A stretch of 64,000 bases of DNA from NCBI GenBank assembly GCA_951812955.1, contig OX638340.1, forward strand, positions 2,336,001 through 2,400,000, written 5' to 3'. Below, in pieces: positions 18,501 through 27,312 of the stretch. The DNA comes from an uncultured Gemmatimonadota bacterium (GTDB lineage: Bacteria; JAAXHH01). Position 1 is the stretch's first letter. Each line of letters begins with the position of its first letter. The notes under the pieces are model-generated. The model did not search any database. It was not told where the DNA came from and worked only from the letters and a program-made list of their open reading frames with translations. The position numbers were made by a program, and so were the translations under genes.

Positions 18501-19883
18501 CTACCTGAGCCAGCCCATACGGTCCTTGCGCCAGCCCAGCCTGTCGAGATGATTTGCGCGGATGGCCTCGATATGCCGGGTGTGCAGTGCCTGCTTCTCC
18601 TCGGTCCACCTGTATTCCTCCAGGCGATCGGCATCGAGCTCGACCCCCAGCCCGGGTCCCTCGGGAACGCGCAGGCACCCGTCCTCGTAGCGCATCTTGC
18701 CGCCCTCGATGACGTCGCCGACCCACTGGTTGTAATGGGCGTCGATTCCGTGCAGCGACATGGGCATGGTCCCGTTGCCGTGTACGATGTGGTAGGGGAT
18801 GTTGTAAGGGAAGGAGAAGGCGGCCACGTGGAGGCGAATGGCCGTGCCCGGGCCCAGTTCGTAGGCGCTGTGCATGCCCAGTTCCATGCCCATGTACCGG
18901 GCGGTGTCGTAATAACGCTTCAGGGAAAGCGGCCCGGCGTAGGCGTCCGGCGCGGAAACGTCGGCGGGCACGTGGCGGCGCATGACATCGAGATCCAGCG
19001 GCTGGTCCAGGGTCTCGTCGCCGTAACGGCCGGAAACCGGGGCGCCGTAGGGACGAGGCGCCGCGTCCCGCTTCAGCGGCGGTAGCCAGGCGTGGGAGGA
19101 TATGGGTATGCTGCTCATGTGGCGCAGGCGGTGGCCGGCGCGGAAGATGTTCTCGAACCGGCCGCCCACCGGTTCCTCGATCCATTCTATCCGGCAATCA
19201 TCGACGCCCTGCATGAACCTGAGCGCCTCGTTCTCGCTCCAGGACGCGTGGGGATCGACGCGGATATCCACGTCGTAACCCACCAGGTCGCGGATATTGT
19301 GCACGAGTTCGATGTATCGCACGGGCTCGAAGTCGCACATGGACAGCTTGATAATGCGGAATGTCTCGTCCTCCATGAGCGACTTCACGTGCCGGGGATA
19401 GGTGTCGAAGGTCACTTCGTTCTCGCCGTTGACGTCAGGGAAACGGTACCAGGTATAGGCCGCGATGGGGATCTTCGTAACAAGGGGTGTATCGAGGTCG
19501 AAGACGTCGCGCAGGTACCGGTAGAGGGGCTTGCCCGCGATCTTGCCGGCGAAGTCCCAGTAGGCGAGACCCAGCAGGCCCCGAATTTCCGGATCGAAGG
19601 GGTTTTTACCCAGGACCTGGGAACGCAGCTCGTCGGCCTCGCTGGAAGAGCCTTCGGCCACGCCCACCAGGCCCTGGTTTGTTTCGAATTCGGCGAAAGA
19701 GAACCCCTCGGCAGACCCGTCCCATCGCTTCGTGCCCCGCCACGGCATCAAAACCCGCCAGGTCCGCACGTCCGTGATTTTCAGCCCGGCCGCCCGTCCG
19801 TTTTCGTTAATCAGATCCTGCCGGGCCTTGATGTCCGCCACGTTCTCCCGGTCGAAGGCGGCGATGGCGTCCACGTTATACAT
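18501..19883 (-). CDS. enolase-superfamily enzyme (mandelate racemase/muconate lactonizing family; possibly a sugar-acid dehydratase)
   Basis: 460 aa with the MR/MLE N-terminal capping domain and C-terminal barrel pattern. The rhamnose-context neighbours suggest rhamnonate or a related dehydratase, but this is not proven. Confidence 0.6.
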   Translation of the reverse strand: MYNVDAIAAFDRENVADIKARQDLINENGRAAGLKITDVRTWRVLMPWRGTKRWDGSAEGFSFAEFETNQGLVGVAEGSSSEADELRSQVLGKNPFDPEIRGLLGLAYWDFAGKIAGKPLYRYLRDVFDLDTPLVTKIPIAAYTWYRFPDVNGENEVTFDTYPRHVKSLMEDETFRIIKLSMCDFEPVRYIELVHNIRDLVGYDVDIRVDPHASWSENEALRFMQGVDDCRIEWIEEPVGGRFENIFRAGHRLRHMSSIPISSHAWLPPLKRDAAPRPYGAPVSGRYGDETLDQPLDLDVMRRHVPADVSAPDAYAGPLSLKRYYDTARYMGMELGMHSAYELGPGTAIRLHVAAFSFPYNIPYHIVHGNGTMPMSLHGIDAHYNQWVGDVIEGGKMRYEDGCLRVPEGPGLGVELDADRLEEYRWTEEKQALHTRHIEAIRANHLDRLGWRKDRMGWLR

Positions 19884-20295
19884 GGTCGTTTCCCTCTTCG
19901 TATGGATTCAACGTCTCCACGCCGAGCCGGTCATAGACTTGCGGATTCCCGGTGACCACAATCAGCCGGTGCAACACGGCCGTCGCCGCGATCATGGCGT
20001 CTGTCATCCGGGTATTCCATCGCCGGTACAGGAGCCTTCCCCACACGCGGAAGGCGGCCGGATCCATGGGAAGAATACGGTGGGTATCGACCATCTTTCC
20101 CAGCCAGGACTCCAGTTCCGCCGCTTCGGAGGCATCCTTTACGCGGGAAAACTCGATACCCGTCTGGATCTCGCCCACGGTCACGGCGGAAAGATACACA
20201 TGATCGGGGGCGACTCCCGAAAGCCACCCCAACACACGCTGGTGCGGCTGTTTTCGGCGTAGTTCCGATACGACTTCCGTATCGAGGAGATACAT
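19876..20295 (-). CDS. vapC: type II toxin VapC (PIN-domain ribonuclease)
   Basis: The start at 20295 gives MYLLDTEVVSELRRK..., the PIN motif with conserved acidic residues. It lies 4 nt after the antitoxin stop. Confidence 0.7.
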   Translation of the reverse strand: MYLLDTEVVSELRRKQPHQRVLGWLSGVAPDHVYLSAVTVGEIQTGIEFSRVKDASEAAELESWLGKMVDTHRILPMDPAAFRVWGRLLYRRWNTRMTDAMIAATAVLHRLIVVTGNPQVYDRLGVETLNPYEEGNDHV

Positions 20296-20299
20296 GGGC

Positions 20300-20560
20300 T
20301 TATTCCATGCTCGTCTCGTCCCGTGTCCTGCTTTTCTCACGCAGTGGCGTCAGGGAGTCCGTACGCGCGTCGGGCGAGAGCAGCAGGTCTTTGAGGCCGG
20401 TTCTGGCCAATCGCTTCATCTGTTCCCACTTGTCGATGGAAACCAGGACCGCCTCCGCGACGCCCCGCCTGGTCACGATCTGAGGGCCCTCTTCCCGGCT
20501 CGTTTCCAGGAATTCGCTGAACTTTGCTTTCGCTTCCTGGACCTGCCAAGCCTTGCCCAT
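20300..20560 (-). CDS. Phd/YefM-family antitoxin
   Basis: 86 aa beginning MGKAWQVQEAKAKFSEFLE..., which is Phd/YefM-like. It sits immediately upstream of the PIN toxin. Confidence 0.65.
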   Translation of the reverse strand: MGKAWQVQEAKAKFSEFLETSREEGPQIVTRRGVAEAVLVSIDKWEQMKRLARTGLKDLLLSPDARTDSLTPLREKSRTRDETSME

Positions 20561-20590
20561 AGAGTCTCCCGGATCGAAAGTTATATATAC

Positions 20591-20613
20591 TAACTAGTCA
20601 GATAACTAGTTAT
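20591..20613. promoter_or_regulatory. candidate TA operator: 12-bp perfect palindrome ATAACTAGTTAT with a direct TAACTAGT half-site copy
   Basis: It sits in the AT-rich stretch 30-50 bp upstream of the antitoxin start. Confidence 0.4.
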
Positions 20614-20777
20614 TTACTGTATGTCAAGTGAAATTCGATCCGCTGCCGTTGCATACGCCACAAAGGGGGCACGGACTTATCCCTTGCCTTGTCGTTCCCG
20701 CCGGGTTTTATTCGAAGCTACGTACTCCCGAACACACTCGCTTGGTACGTGAACTTACACCTCAATACGGAAACGGC

Positions 20778-21581
20778 ATGACCACCGATACAATCCCCCT
20801 GGGTGGCAGGGTCGTTGAACCGGCGCAGATCGGTGAATGGGTCGATGCGTTCAACCGCCAGGGCTTCCTATTTCTGGAAAGCGTGTTGCCGCCCGACTGG
20901 TGCGAATCCCTGCGCAACGACCTGGAATACGGTCTTCGCGAGAACCCGAACGGTTTGAATTCAGTCAGCGAGAACATGGCGCTGTGCCACCGTATGTTCG
21001 AATTCAGCGAGACGAACCGCCGCCTTTTCGACCTCGAACCCATCGTCAGCTTCGCCGAGGCGCTTGTGGCCGAGAACTGCCACGTGATCCACAATAACTC
21101 CTTCGTCACCCGTCCCGGCGGTTTCTTCCGGTGGCACCAGGACGACGCGCCGCATTTCCTGCTGACGGACGGAGAGCCTCCGGAGAACATTCGTCTCCCG
21201 GTTCTCTTCTTCACGTGCAACTACTACCTGACCGACGTCACCGAACCCGAACACGGCGGTACGGAGGTCATACCCGGTTCCCACCTGTTCGGACGCCCCT
21301 GTCCCGATTCGCTGGAAGGGACGGAGTGGGAGGATCGGATTCACTACAACCTCGGTCCGGCCGGCAGCGTCACCATGTTCAACAACCAGGTCTGGCATCG
21401 CGGGGGGCCGAACCGGAGCGACCGGACGCGGTACATTACCCAGATCACCTACGCCCGACGGGTGATCGGCCATAAGTACTACCCCTTTATCAATTACACC
21501 ATGCCCGAACACGTGTACCGGGATGCCGATCCGCGCCGAAAACGCCTGCTCGGATTCCTGGATCACGGCGCGTACGGGTGA
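20778..21581 (+). CDS. phytanoyl-CoA dioxygenase (PhyH) family Fe(II)/2OG oxygenase
   Basis: The ORF start at 20628 is over-extended, and the ATG at 20778 is preceded by GGAAACGG. HxD...H ligands sit in a jelly-roll region (WHQDD...H). Confidence 0.65.
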   Translation: MTTDTIPLGGRVVEPAQIGEWVDAFNRQGFLFLESVLPPDWCESLRNDLEYGLRENPNGLNSVSENMALCHRMFEFSETNRRLFDLEPIVSFAEALVAENCHVIHNNSFVTRPGGFFRWHQDDAPHFLLTDGEPPENIRLPVLFFTCNYYLTDVTEPEHGGTEVIPGSHLFGRPCPDSLEGTEWEDRIHYNLGPAGSVTMFNNQVWHRGGPNRSDRTRYITQITYARRVIGHKYYPFINYTMPEHVYRDADPRRKRLLGFLDHGAYG

Positions 21582-21735
21582 GCCGCGCGTCGGGGGATGC
21601 CGCGTTCGGGGGATGCCGCGGAGGAAAAAAGCGCGTCGAAAAATATGGCGTGACGGACAGTCCGCGCGGCCAGAGCTTGTTTGACAACGGGAAAAACCAC
21701 GCACAGAACGGAATTCGTAACTCGAGGAGATATGA

Positions 21736-22497
21736 ATGGGAACGATCCGCCAATCCATCTGCTTCGGATGCTTCAATCGAAACGGAGCCACCCCCGAATC
21801 TGTGATCCGGGAAGCCGCGCGAATCGGCTACGCTTCCGTGGAGATGCTGCCCCGGGAGCACTGGAACCAGGTCCGCGACGCGGGCATGGACATCGCCATC
21901 GTGGTGGGGCACGCCTCCCTGCCCGACGGCCTGAACAAGCCCGAGAACCATGACCGCATCGAGGACGAATTGCTGGCCAACATGGACCTGGCCGTCGAGT
22001 ACGGCATTCCCGGCCTGATCTGTTTCTCCGGCAACCGGGAGGGCAGGTCTGACGATGAAGGCCGTGACAACTGCATCCAGGGCCTGCTGCGCGTCGCGAA
22101 GGCCGCCGAGGAGAAGGGCGTCACGCTGAATATGGAACTGCTGAACAGCAAGGTGAACCATCCGGACTACCAGTGCGACTACACGGACTGGGGCGTGTCC
22201 GTCTGCGAGGGCGTCGGATCGCCTCGGGTCAAGTTGCTCTACGACATCTACCACATGCAGATCATGGAGGGCGATCTGATCCGGACGATCCGGGACAACA
22301 TCGAACACATCGGGCACTTCCACACCGCGGGCAATCCCGGCCGGAACGACATCGACGAAACGCAGGAGATCTATTATCCGCCCGTCATGCAGGCCATCGC
22401 CGAGACCGGTTATACCGGGTTCGTCGGCCACGAGTTCGTCCCGGTTGGCGACCCCCTGGCGGCGATGCAGGCGGCCTACGACACCTGCAACGTCTGA
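21736..22497 (+). CDS. hydroxypyruvate isomerase family (Hyi/OtnI-like TIM barrel)
   Basis: 253 aa with the HFHTAGNPGRNDIDETQEIYY..GYTGFVGHEF signature. A strong SD (GAGGAGA) lies 6 nt upstream. Confidence 0.7.
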   Translation: MGTIRQSICFGCFNRNGATPESVIREAARIGYASVEMLPREHWNQVRDAGMDIAIVVGHASLPDGLNKPENHDRIEDELLANMDLAVEYGIPGLICFSGNREGRSDDEGRDNCIQGLLRVAKAAEEKGVTLNMELLNSKVNHPDYQCDYTDWGVSVCEGVGSPRVKLLYDIYHMQIMEGDLIRTIRDNIEHIGHFHTAGNPGRNDIDETQEIYYPPVMQAIAETGYTGFVGHEFVPVGDPLAAMQAAYDTCNV

Positions 22498-23409
22498 GTG
22501 GATTTCCCGTGCAATGAGCACTTTGATTTACACCGGTTGCGCCATTCGCGAAAGGATCCCATCCTGATCGTAGATACGCACGTACACGTCTGGGAGATCG
22601 ACCCGCCCCGGTACCCGGTGGGTCCCACCGCGCCGTCGTGGACTTCGGAGCCGGACGAACCCGGTACGGCGGATGAACTGGTCGCCGACATGGACGCCAA
22701 TGGCGTGGACATGAGCGTGCTGGTGCAGACTTCGTGGTCGACGTGGGACAATGGGTACATGTCCGATTCCGTGGCCCGTTTTCCCGACCGGTTCGTGGGG
22801 CATGGCCTGATCGACCCGCAGGATACGGCCGGCAACGCGGAACAGGTCCGCTACTGGATGGAGGAACGGGGCCTGGTTGGCTTCCGATTCCATCCCTTCT
22901 ACTATCCGGACGAGCAGATCCTCGTGAAAGCGTCCAACCGGCCCATGTGGGAAGAGCTCGCTTCGCGGGAAGCCGTGGTCCAGTTCCACATGAAGCCCTG
23001 GGACGCCGGTCAGATCGACGAGATCGCACGGCGCCATCCCAATTTGCCACTGATCATCGATCACATGGGATATCCCGACCCGGACGGCAGCATGGACGAC
23101 TTCCAGCCCATTCTGGAGCTGGCCCGTCATGAGCGGATGTTCGTGAAGATCTCCGATGTGAAGGGCCGGTCCCGGGCAGACTTCCCGTTCCGCGACGTTC
23201 ATCCCTACATCCGGGCGCTGCTTGACGCCTTCGGCGTGGAACGCGCCATGTGGGGTACCGGGTTTCCGGGCCATCACCGGGAGAAGCACAACTGGCTTTC
23301 GCTCGAAGATGAACTGCGCCTGGTCCGCGAGGGATACGACTTTCTGAACGACACGCAGAAGGACCGGTTGCTTGGGGGAACGGCGGTGGAGGTATGGGGG
23401 CTGGGGTGA
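22498..23409 (+). CDS. amidohydrolase-2 family (PF04909) metal-dependent hydrolase
   Basis: An IVDTHVHVW metal-binding start motif with HxH. The GTG start sits directly after the hyi stop. Confidence 0.65.
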   Translation: MDFPCNEHFDLHRLRHSRKDPILIVDTHVHVWEIDPPRYPVGPTAPSWTSEPDEPGTADELVADMDANGVDMSVLVQTSWSTWDNGYMSDSVARFPDRFVGHGLIDPQDTAGNAEQVRYWMEERGLVGFRFHPFYYPDEQILVKASNRPMWEELASREAVVQFHMKPWDAGQIDEIARRHPNLPLIIDHMGYPDPDGSMDDFQPILELARHERMFVKISDVKGRSRADFPFRDVHPYIRALLDAFGVERAMWGTGFPGHHREKHNWLSLEDELRLVREGYDFLNDTQKDRLLGGTAVEVWGLG

Positions 23410-23620
23410 CTGTGCACAGGCAATCCGGAAATAGGGAACCTCAGATCAACGAGCATTTACATGCAAATCTCGATACAGTCGTACCGGATTTCGACTATAT
23501 GGAATAAGGAAGTCAATACTGGGGGATGGCTGACCTGATTGGGATAGTCCCTTCAGGACCAGTCGTTCCCATGAACCGGGTGCGTGGAATGCGTCCGATT
23601 CATCAGAAGGAGGTAAGAAA

Positions 23621-23992
23621 ATGGGTGCGACCCATGTCAAGGTCAGGGTCACCAACCCCGCGGATGCGCAGAAGTACTGGGAGGGGATGTTCTTGGTAGA
23701 CACAGGCGCCACCGACACCCTGGTCCCCGGTCCGCATCTCGAAGGTATCGGTCTGAAGCCGGAGGCGACACGACTTTATGAGTTGGCGGACGGCAGCGAA
23801 ATCTCGGTGGATGTCACCGTGGCAATGCTTGAACTGATGCACGAGAAGGTCGGGGGTACGGTTATTTTTGGCGAACCTGGTGCCGAACCATTGCTCGGAG
23901 TCACCGCACTGGAATCCGCAGGCATTGAAGTGGACCCGGTCAATCAACGTTTGAAGAAACTCCCGTCCGTCCGGTTGAAAGCGATAGCGTAA
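23621..23992 (+). CDS. retropepsin-like (clan AA) aspartyl protease
   Basis: 123 aa with LVDTGAT (D-T/S-G-A). A perfect SD (GAAGGAGGT) lies upstream. The gene and its 5' flank are more AT-rich than the neighbours. Confidence 0.6.
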   Translation: MGATHVKVRVTNPADAQKYWEGMFLVDTGATDTLVPGPHLEGIGLKPEATRLYELADGSEISVDVTVAMLELMHEKVGGTVIFGEPGAEPLLGVTALESAGIEVDPVNQRLKKLPSVRLKAIA

Positions 23993-24125
23993 GAATCCCG
24001 CACGCACATGTACATAATAGTCTGGCGAGCCGGATGTGGAGCCTCTTCTAAGTGTTACCGCTCTGGATTCCGTCGGTATCGAGGTAGACCCGCTGATCCA
24101 GCAGACCCGCTGATCCAGCAATTGA
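23993..24125. repeat. degenerate ~100-bp duplicate of the protease gene 3' end, with an internal 17-bp tandem x2
   Basis: The downstream sequence reads VTALDSVGIEVDPLIQQTR-stop, against the real end VTALESAGIEVDPVNQ.... GACCCGCTGATCCAGCA occurs at 24087-24103 and 24104-24120. Confidence 0.65.
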
Positions 24126-24245
24126 AAAGGCTTCCCGCAGTTCTATTGAAAACAGTAGCATAATGCAGAATCCTCCCGTCTAGGCCGGGTCTGGCTTACC
24201 TGAGAGCTAGCCCGATAGGTGCTAAACGGTGCGACAGGGTACACC

Positions 24246-25136
24246 ATGGTCATCGACATCCACGCCCACGTCTTGCGCTGGCCGGTACTGAAGAAGTTTA
24301 ACAACGGCCTCCCCCTCATGTCGGCCGAGGAGCAAATCAGGCGCATGGACGAGAAGGGGATCGACAAGGCGGTCATCCTGCCCCTGACATCGGCCGAAGT
24401 GATCGGAGAGCCCCAGAGCATGGGCGAAGTCTTCGATATCTGCCGCCTGTATCCGGGAAGGTTCATCCCCTTCTGCGATTTCGACGTGCGGCGATACGAC
24501 CTGAACAGCCCGGACCGGTTCCGCGACGTGCTGGAGCAGTACGTGGCCCGCGGCGCCAGGGGCGTGGGGGAACTGACCTGCCGGGTGTACTGGGACGATC
24601 CCCGACTTTGGGATCTCTTCACGGCAAGCGAGGAACTGGGCCTGCCGGTGACCTTCCACACCTCGCCGCCCGAAGTGGTCACCTACGGGCTGATCGACGA
24701 GTTGGGGTTTCCCCGGTTTGAAAAAGCGCTGCAGCGGTTTCCGAGCCTTCGATTCTTCGGCCACAGCGCCTCCTTCTGGAGCGAGATCAGCGGCGACCTG
24801 ACGGCCGACCAGAAGGAAGGTTACCCCAAGACGCCCGTCGCGCCAGGGGGAACGATTCTCCGGCTGTTCAGGACCTATCCGAACCTGTGCGGCGATCTGT
24901 CCGCAGGCTCAGGGTTCAATGCGCTGACCCGCGACCCGGATTTCACCTACGAATTCCTGGATGAGTTCCAGGACCGCCTGATGCTGGGGCTCGATCACAC
25001 CGACGCCGAACTCGACTTCCAGCATATCGAATGGCTGCGGGCCCGGCGGGACGAGGGACACATCACCCCCGAAGTCTGTGAGAAGATCCTCTGGCGAAAC
25101 GCCGACCGGATCATCGGGTTGGGCATCGCCGAGTGA
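24246..25136 (+). CDS. amidohydrolase-2 family hydrolase
   Basis: MVIDIHAHV start motif. The ORF at 24219 is slightly over-extended. Confidence 0.65.
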   Translation: MVIDIHAHVLRWPVLKKFNNGLPLMSAEEQIRRMDEKGIDKAVILPLTSAEVIGEPQSMGEVFDICRLYPGRFIPFCDFDVRRYDLNSPDRFRDVLEQYVARGARGVGELTCRVYWDDPRLWDLFTASEELGLPVTFHTSPPEVVTYGLIDELGFPRFEKALQRFPSLRFFGHSASFWSEISGDLTADQKEGYPKTPVAPGGTILRLFRTYPNLCGDLSAGSGFNALTRDPDFTYEFLDEFQDRLMLGLDHTDAELDFQHIEWLRARRDEGHITPEVCEKILWRNADRIIGLGIAE

Positions 25137-25207
25137 CTTTGTCGGATACCAGGCCGGGACCCGGTACGTCGCGATGATGGGGTTGGGCATCGTGCAAGGG
25201 GTCTGAG
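25110..25207. repeat. degenerate duplicate of the amidohydrolase 3' end, including the stop
   Basis: ATCATCGGGTTGGGCATCGCCGAGTGA is the real end (stop at 25134-25136). ATGATGGGGTTGGGCATCGTGCAAGGGGTCTGA sits 65 bp downstream. Confidence 0.65.
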
Positions 25208-25245
25208 CGCCATCCCGGAGCAGATTCTCAGGCCGGCGCACATGA

Positions 25246-25257
25246 TTAACGCGTTAA
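25246..25257. promoter_or_regulatory. 12-bp perfect palindrome TTAACGCGTTAA upstream of the APC permease
   Basis: It lies about 95 bp upstream of the permease ATG and may be an operator. Confidence 0.3.
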
Positions 25258-25350
25258 ACGCCTTTTATCGTTTACACGCGCCGAAATAAAGACCACATTA
25301 AACACATCACCACTTAACACTCTACCCGGAAAACCTAATTCGAGGCAGCC

Positions 25351-26748
25351 ATGAGCGATGCTCAGAAGGATGCCCGCCCGGATTCTTTCGGAGAGGAAAC
25401 CGAACTCAAGCGTGACCTGGGTCCGGTTTCGGCGACGGCCGTGATTGTCGGTTCCATCATCGGTTCCGGCATCTTTGCGGGTCCCGCCATCGTGGCCGGA
25501 TACGCGGGAACTTCAGGCTGGAATCTCATGGTCTGGGTCATCTGCGCCGTGATGGCCTTCTGCGGCGCGGTGACTTTCGCCGAACTGGGCGGCATCATGC
25601 CGCGCTCGGGCGGGGTTTTCGTTTTCCTGAGTCAAGCCTACGGGCGGCTGTGGGGTTTTCTCTTCGGGTGGACTTCGCTCCTGGTCATACGTCCCTGCGA
25701 CCTGGCGGCCATCTCCATCGTCTTCGCCACCTACCTGGGTTATTTCGTCACCCAGTTCAGCCCATACCCGGACTGGGCCATGCGGGGCATGGCGATCATC
25801 ATCCTGATCATTCTCGCCTTCATCAACTACGTGGGCGTCCGGTTCGGCGGACTCGTACAGAACCTGTCTTCCTTCCTCAAGGTGGGCGGGTTGCTTCTTA
25901 TGGTCGCACTGGCCTTCGGGATCACGCCCGACACGAGCCAGTTCGAACCGGTCTGGCCTTCCGATTCCACCCTGACCATCAGTTTCTTGAGTATGATCAG
26001 CCTCGGCATGATGGCGTCCTTCGGCGCCTACGACGGGTGGGACGCGTCGACTTACGTGGCCGAGGAAATCAAAAATCCGAGACGCTGGGTGCCCCTGTCC
26101 ATCATCCTGGGCCTCGCCATCACCACCGTCGTCTATCTGCTGGTGAACAGCGCCTACTTGCTGGTGCTCTCCAACACGGGCGTCGCCGACAGTGAACGCG
26201 TCGCTTCCGAGACCATGCAAATACTCATCGGACCGATCGGAGCGATTTTTATCGCGGGAACCGCCATGATCTCCACCTTAGGCACCGTGAACGCAGGCTT
26301 GTTGACCGGGCCGCGCGTCTTTTTCGCCATGGCCCGCGAAAAGCTGTTCATCTCGTGGGTGGGCCGGGTCCATCCGCGTTACCGTACACCTGCCAACGCC
26401 GTCATTTTCATGGCCGCGCTGGGCATCCTCAATATCATCTTCCTGGGCGACTGGGGCGCTATCATTGCGGCGCGCACCGGCTCCCTGTGGCTCTTCTACA
26501 TAACGACCACCTTCAGCGTATTCATCTTCCGGCGCACCCGTCCCGACGTGCCGCGACCCTACCGTACCTTCGGATATCCCATCACGCCCGCGATCTTCGT
26601 GCTCATCGGCGTGATCTTCTTCACGTCCATCGTCATCAGCGATCCAGGGCACACCCTGATCGGATTGACCATCACCGCGTTGGGCATCCCGGCCTACTGG
26701 ATCTGGACGCGGAGCGGACGGTCGGAGGAATCAGGCAAGGAAAGCTGA
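25351..26748 (+). CDS. APC-family amino acid permease
   Basis: 465 aa with 12 TM helices and a typical APC N-terminus (..GSIIGSGIF..). Confidence 0.75.
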   Translation: MSDAQKDARPDSFGEETELKRDLGPVSATAVIVGSIIGSGIFAGPAIVAGYAGTSGWNLMVWVICAVMAFCGAVTFAELGGIMPRSGGVFVFLSQAYGRLWGFLFGWTSLLVIRPCDLAAISIVFATYLGYFVTQFSPYPDWAMRGMAIIILIILAFINYVGVRFGGLVQNLSSFLKVGGLLLMVALAFGITPDTSQFEPVWPSDSTLTISFLSMISLGMMASFGAYDGWDASTYVAEEIKNPRRWVPLSIILGLAITTVVYLLVNSAYLLVLSNTGVADSERVASETMQILIGPIGAIFIAGTAMISTLGTVNAGLLTGPRVFFAMAREKLFISWVGRVHPRYRTPANAVIFMAALGILNIIFLGDWGAIIAARTGSLWLFYITTTFSVFIFRRTRPDVPRPYRTFGYPITPAIFVLIGVIFFTSIVISDPGHTLIGLTITALGIPAYWIWTRSGRSEESGKES

Positions 26749-27215
26749 TTCGCACCTGGCAGCCTTCCGGCTCATCACTCACTGCCATACTTTAACCACA
26801 ATCGAAACGACACCAGCCAACAGGACTGCAAGTAACGAAAAGCCCACCCTTTCTATCGTCCCCAATCTCTTGTCAATTTGCTCGATAATCCCCTCTAGTC
26901 GGCTTTTCCTGCCTTCATGGCTCAAAGATTCGGACATTGATGTATCTGCCTTTCTTCAGCGGTGTGCATAGTCAATATACTTCATCTATATACTTCAATC
27001 TGAGACTGAAAACCAACTCGAACCGTAAACCAGAGCCTATGCTTACACCTCGGGGCAAGGGGTTCGTTCCTGGTCCAGCAAAGCGCAGGTCGTGCCATAC
27101 TACAGGTATAACCGAGTCCGTCTATCAATACAGTGTGAAAAACGGCCCGGATCTCGTACACTTAGTGCTCGTTATTTTTAATTTTACTATATTGATCAAC
27201 ATTGTTATTTTTCTG

Positions 27216-27244
27216 TTGACAGCCCATTTCAAGGCCGATATCAT
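27216..27244 (+). promoter_or_regulatory. sigma70-like promoter: TTGACA, 17-nt spacer, TATCAT
   Basis: A consensus -35 with 17-nt spacing in a 560-bp AT-rich intergenic region, about 70 nt upstream of the sir ATG. Confidence 0.45.
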
Positions 27245-27312
27245 GAGAGTCGTTTTACGATTCTTTTGTTCTGAAATCTTCTGTCCTAAAGTTACATATT
27301 CGGAGCGTAAAA

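Noticed and set aside
27040-27080. tRNA-like GGTTCG T-loop motif (also at ~36570)
   Set aside because: The flanking bases cannot form a T-stem or acceptor stem, so there is no cloverleaf.
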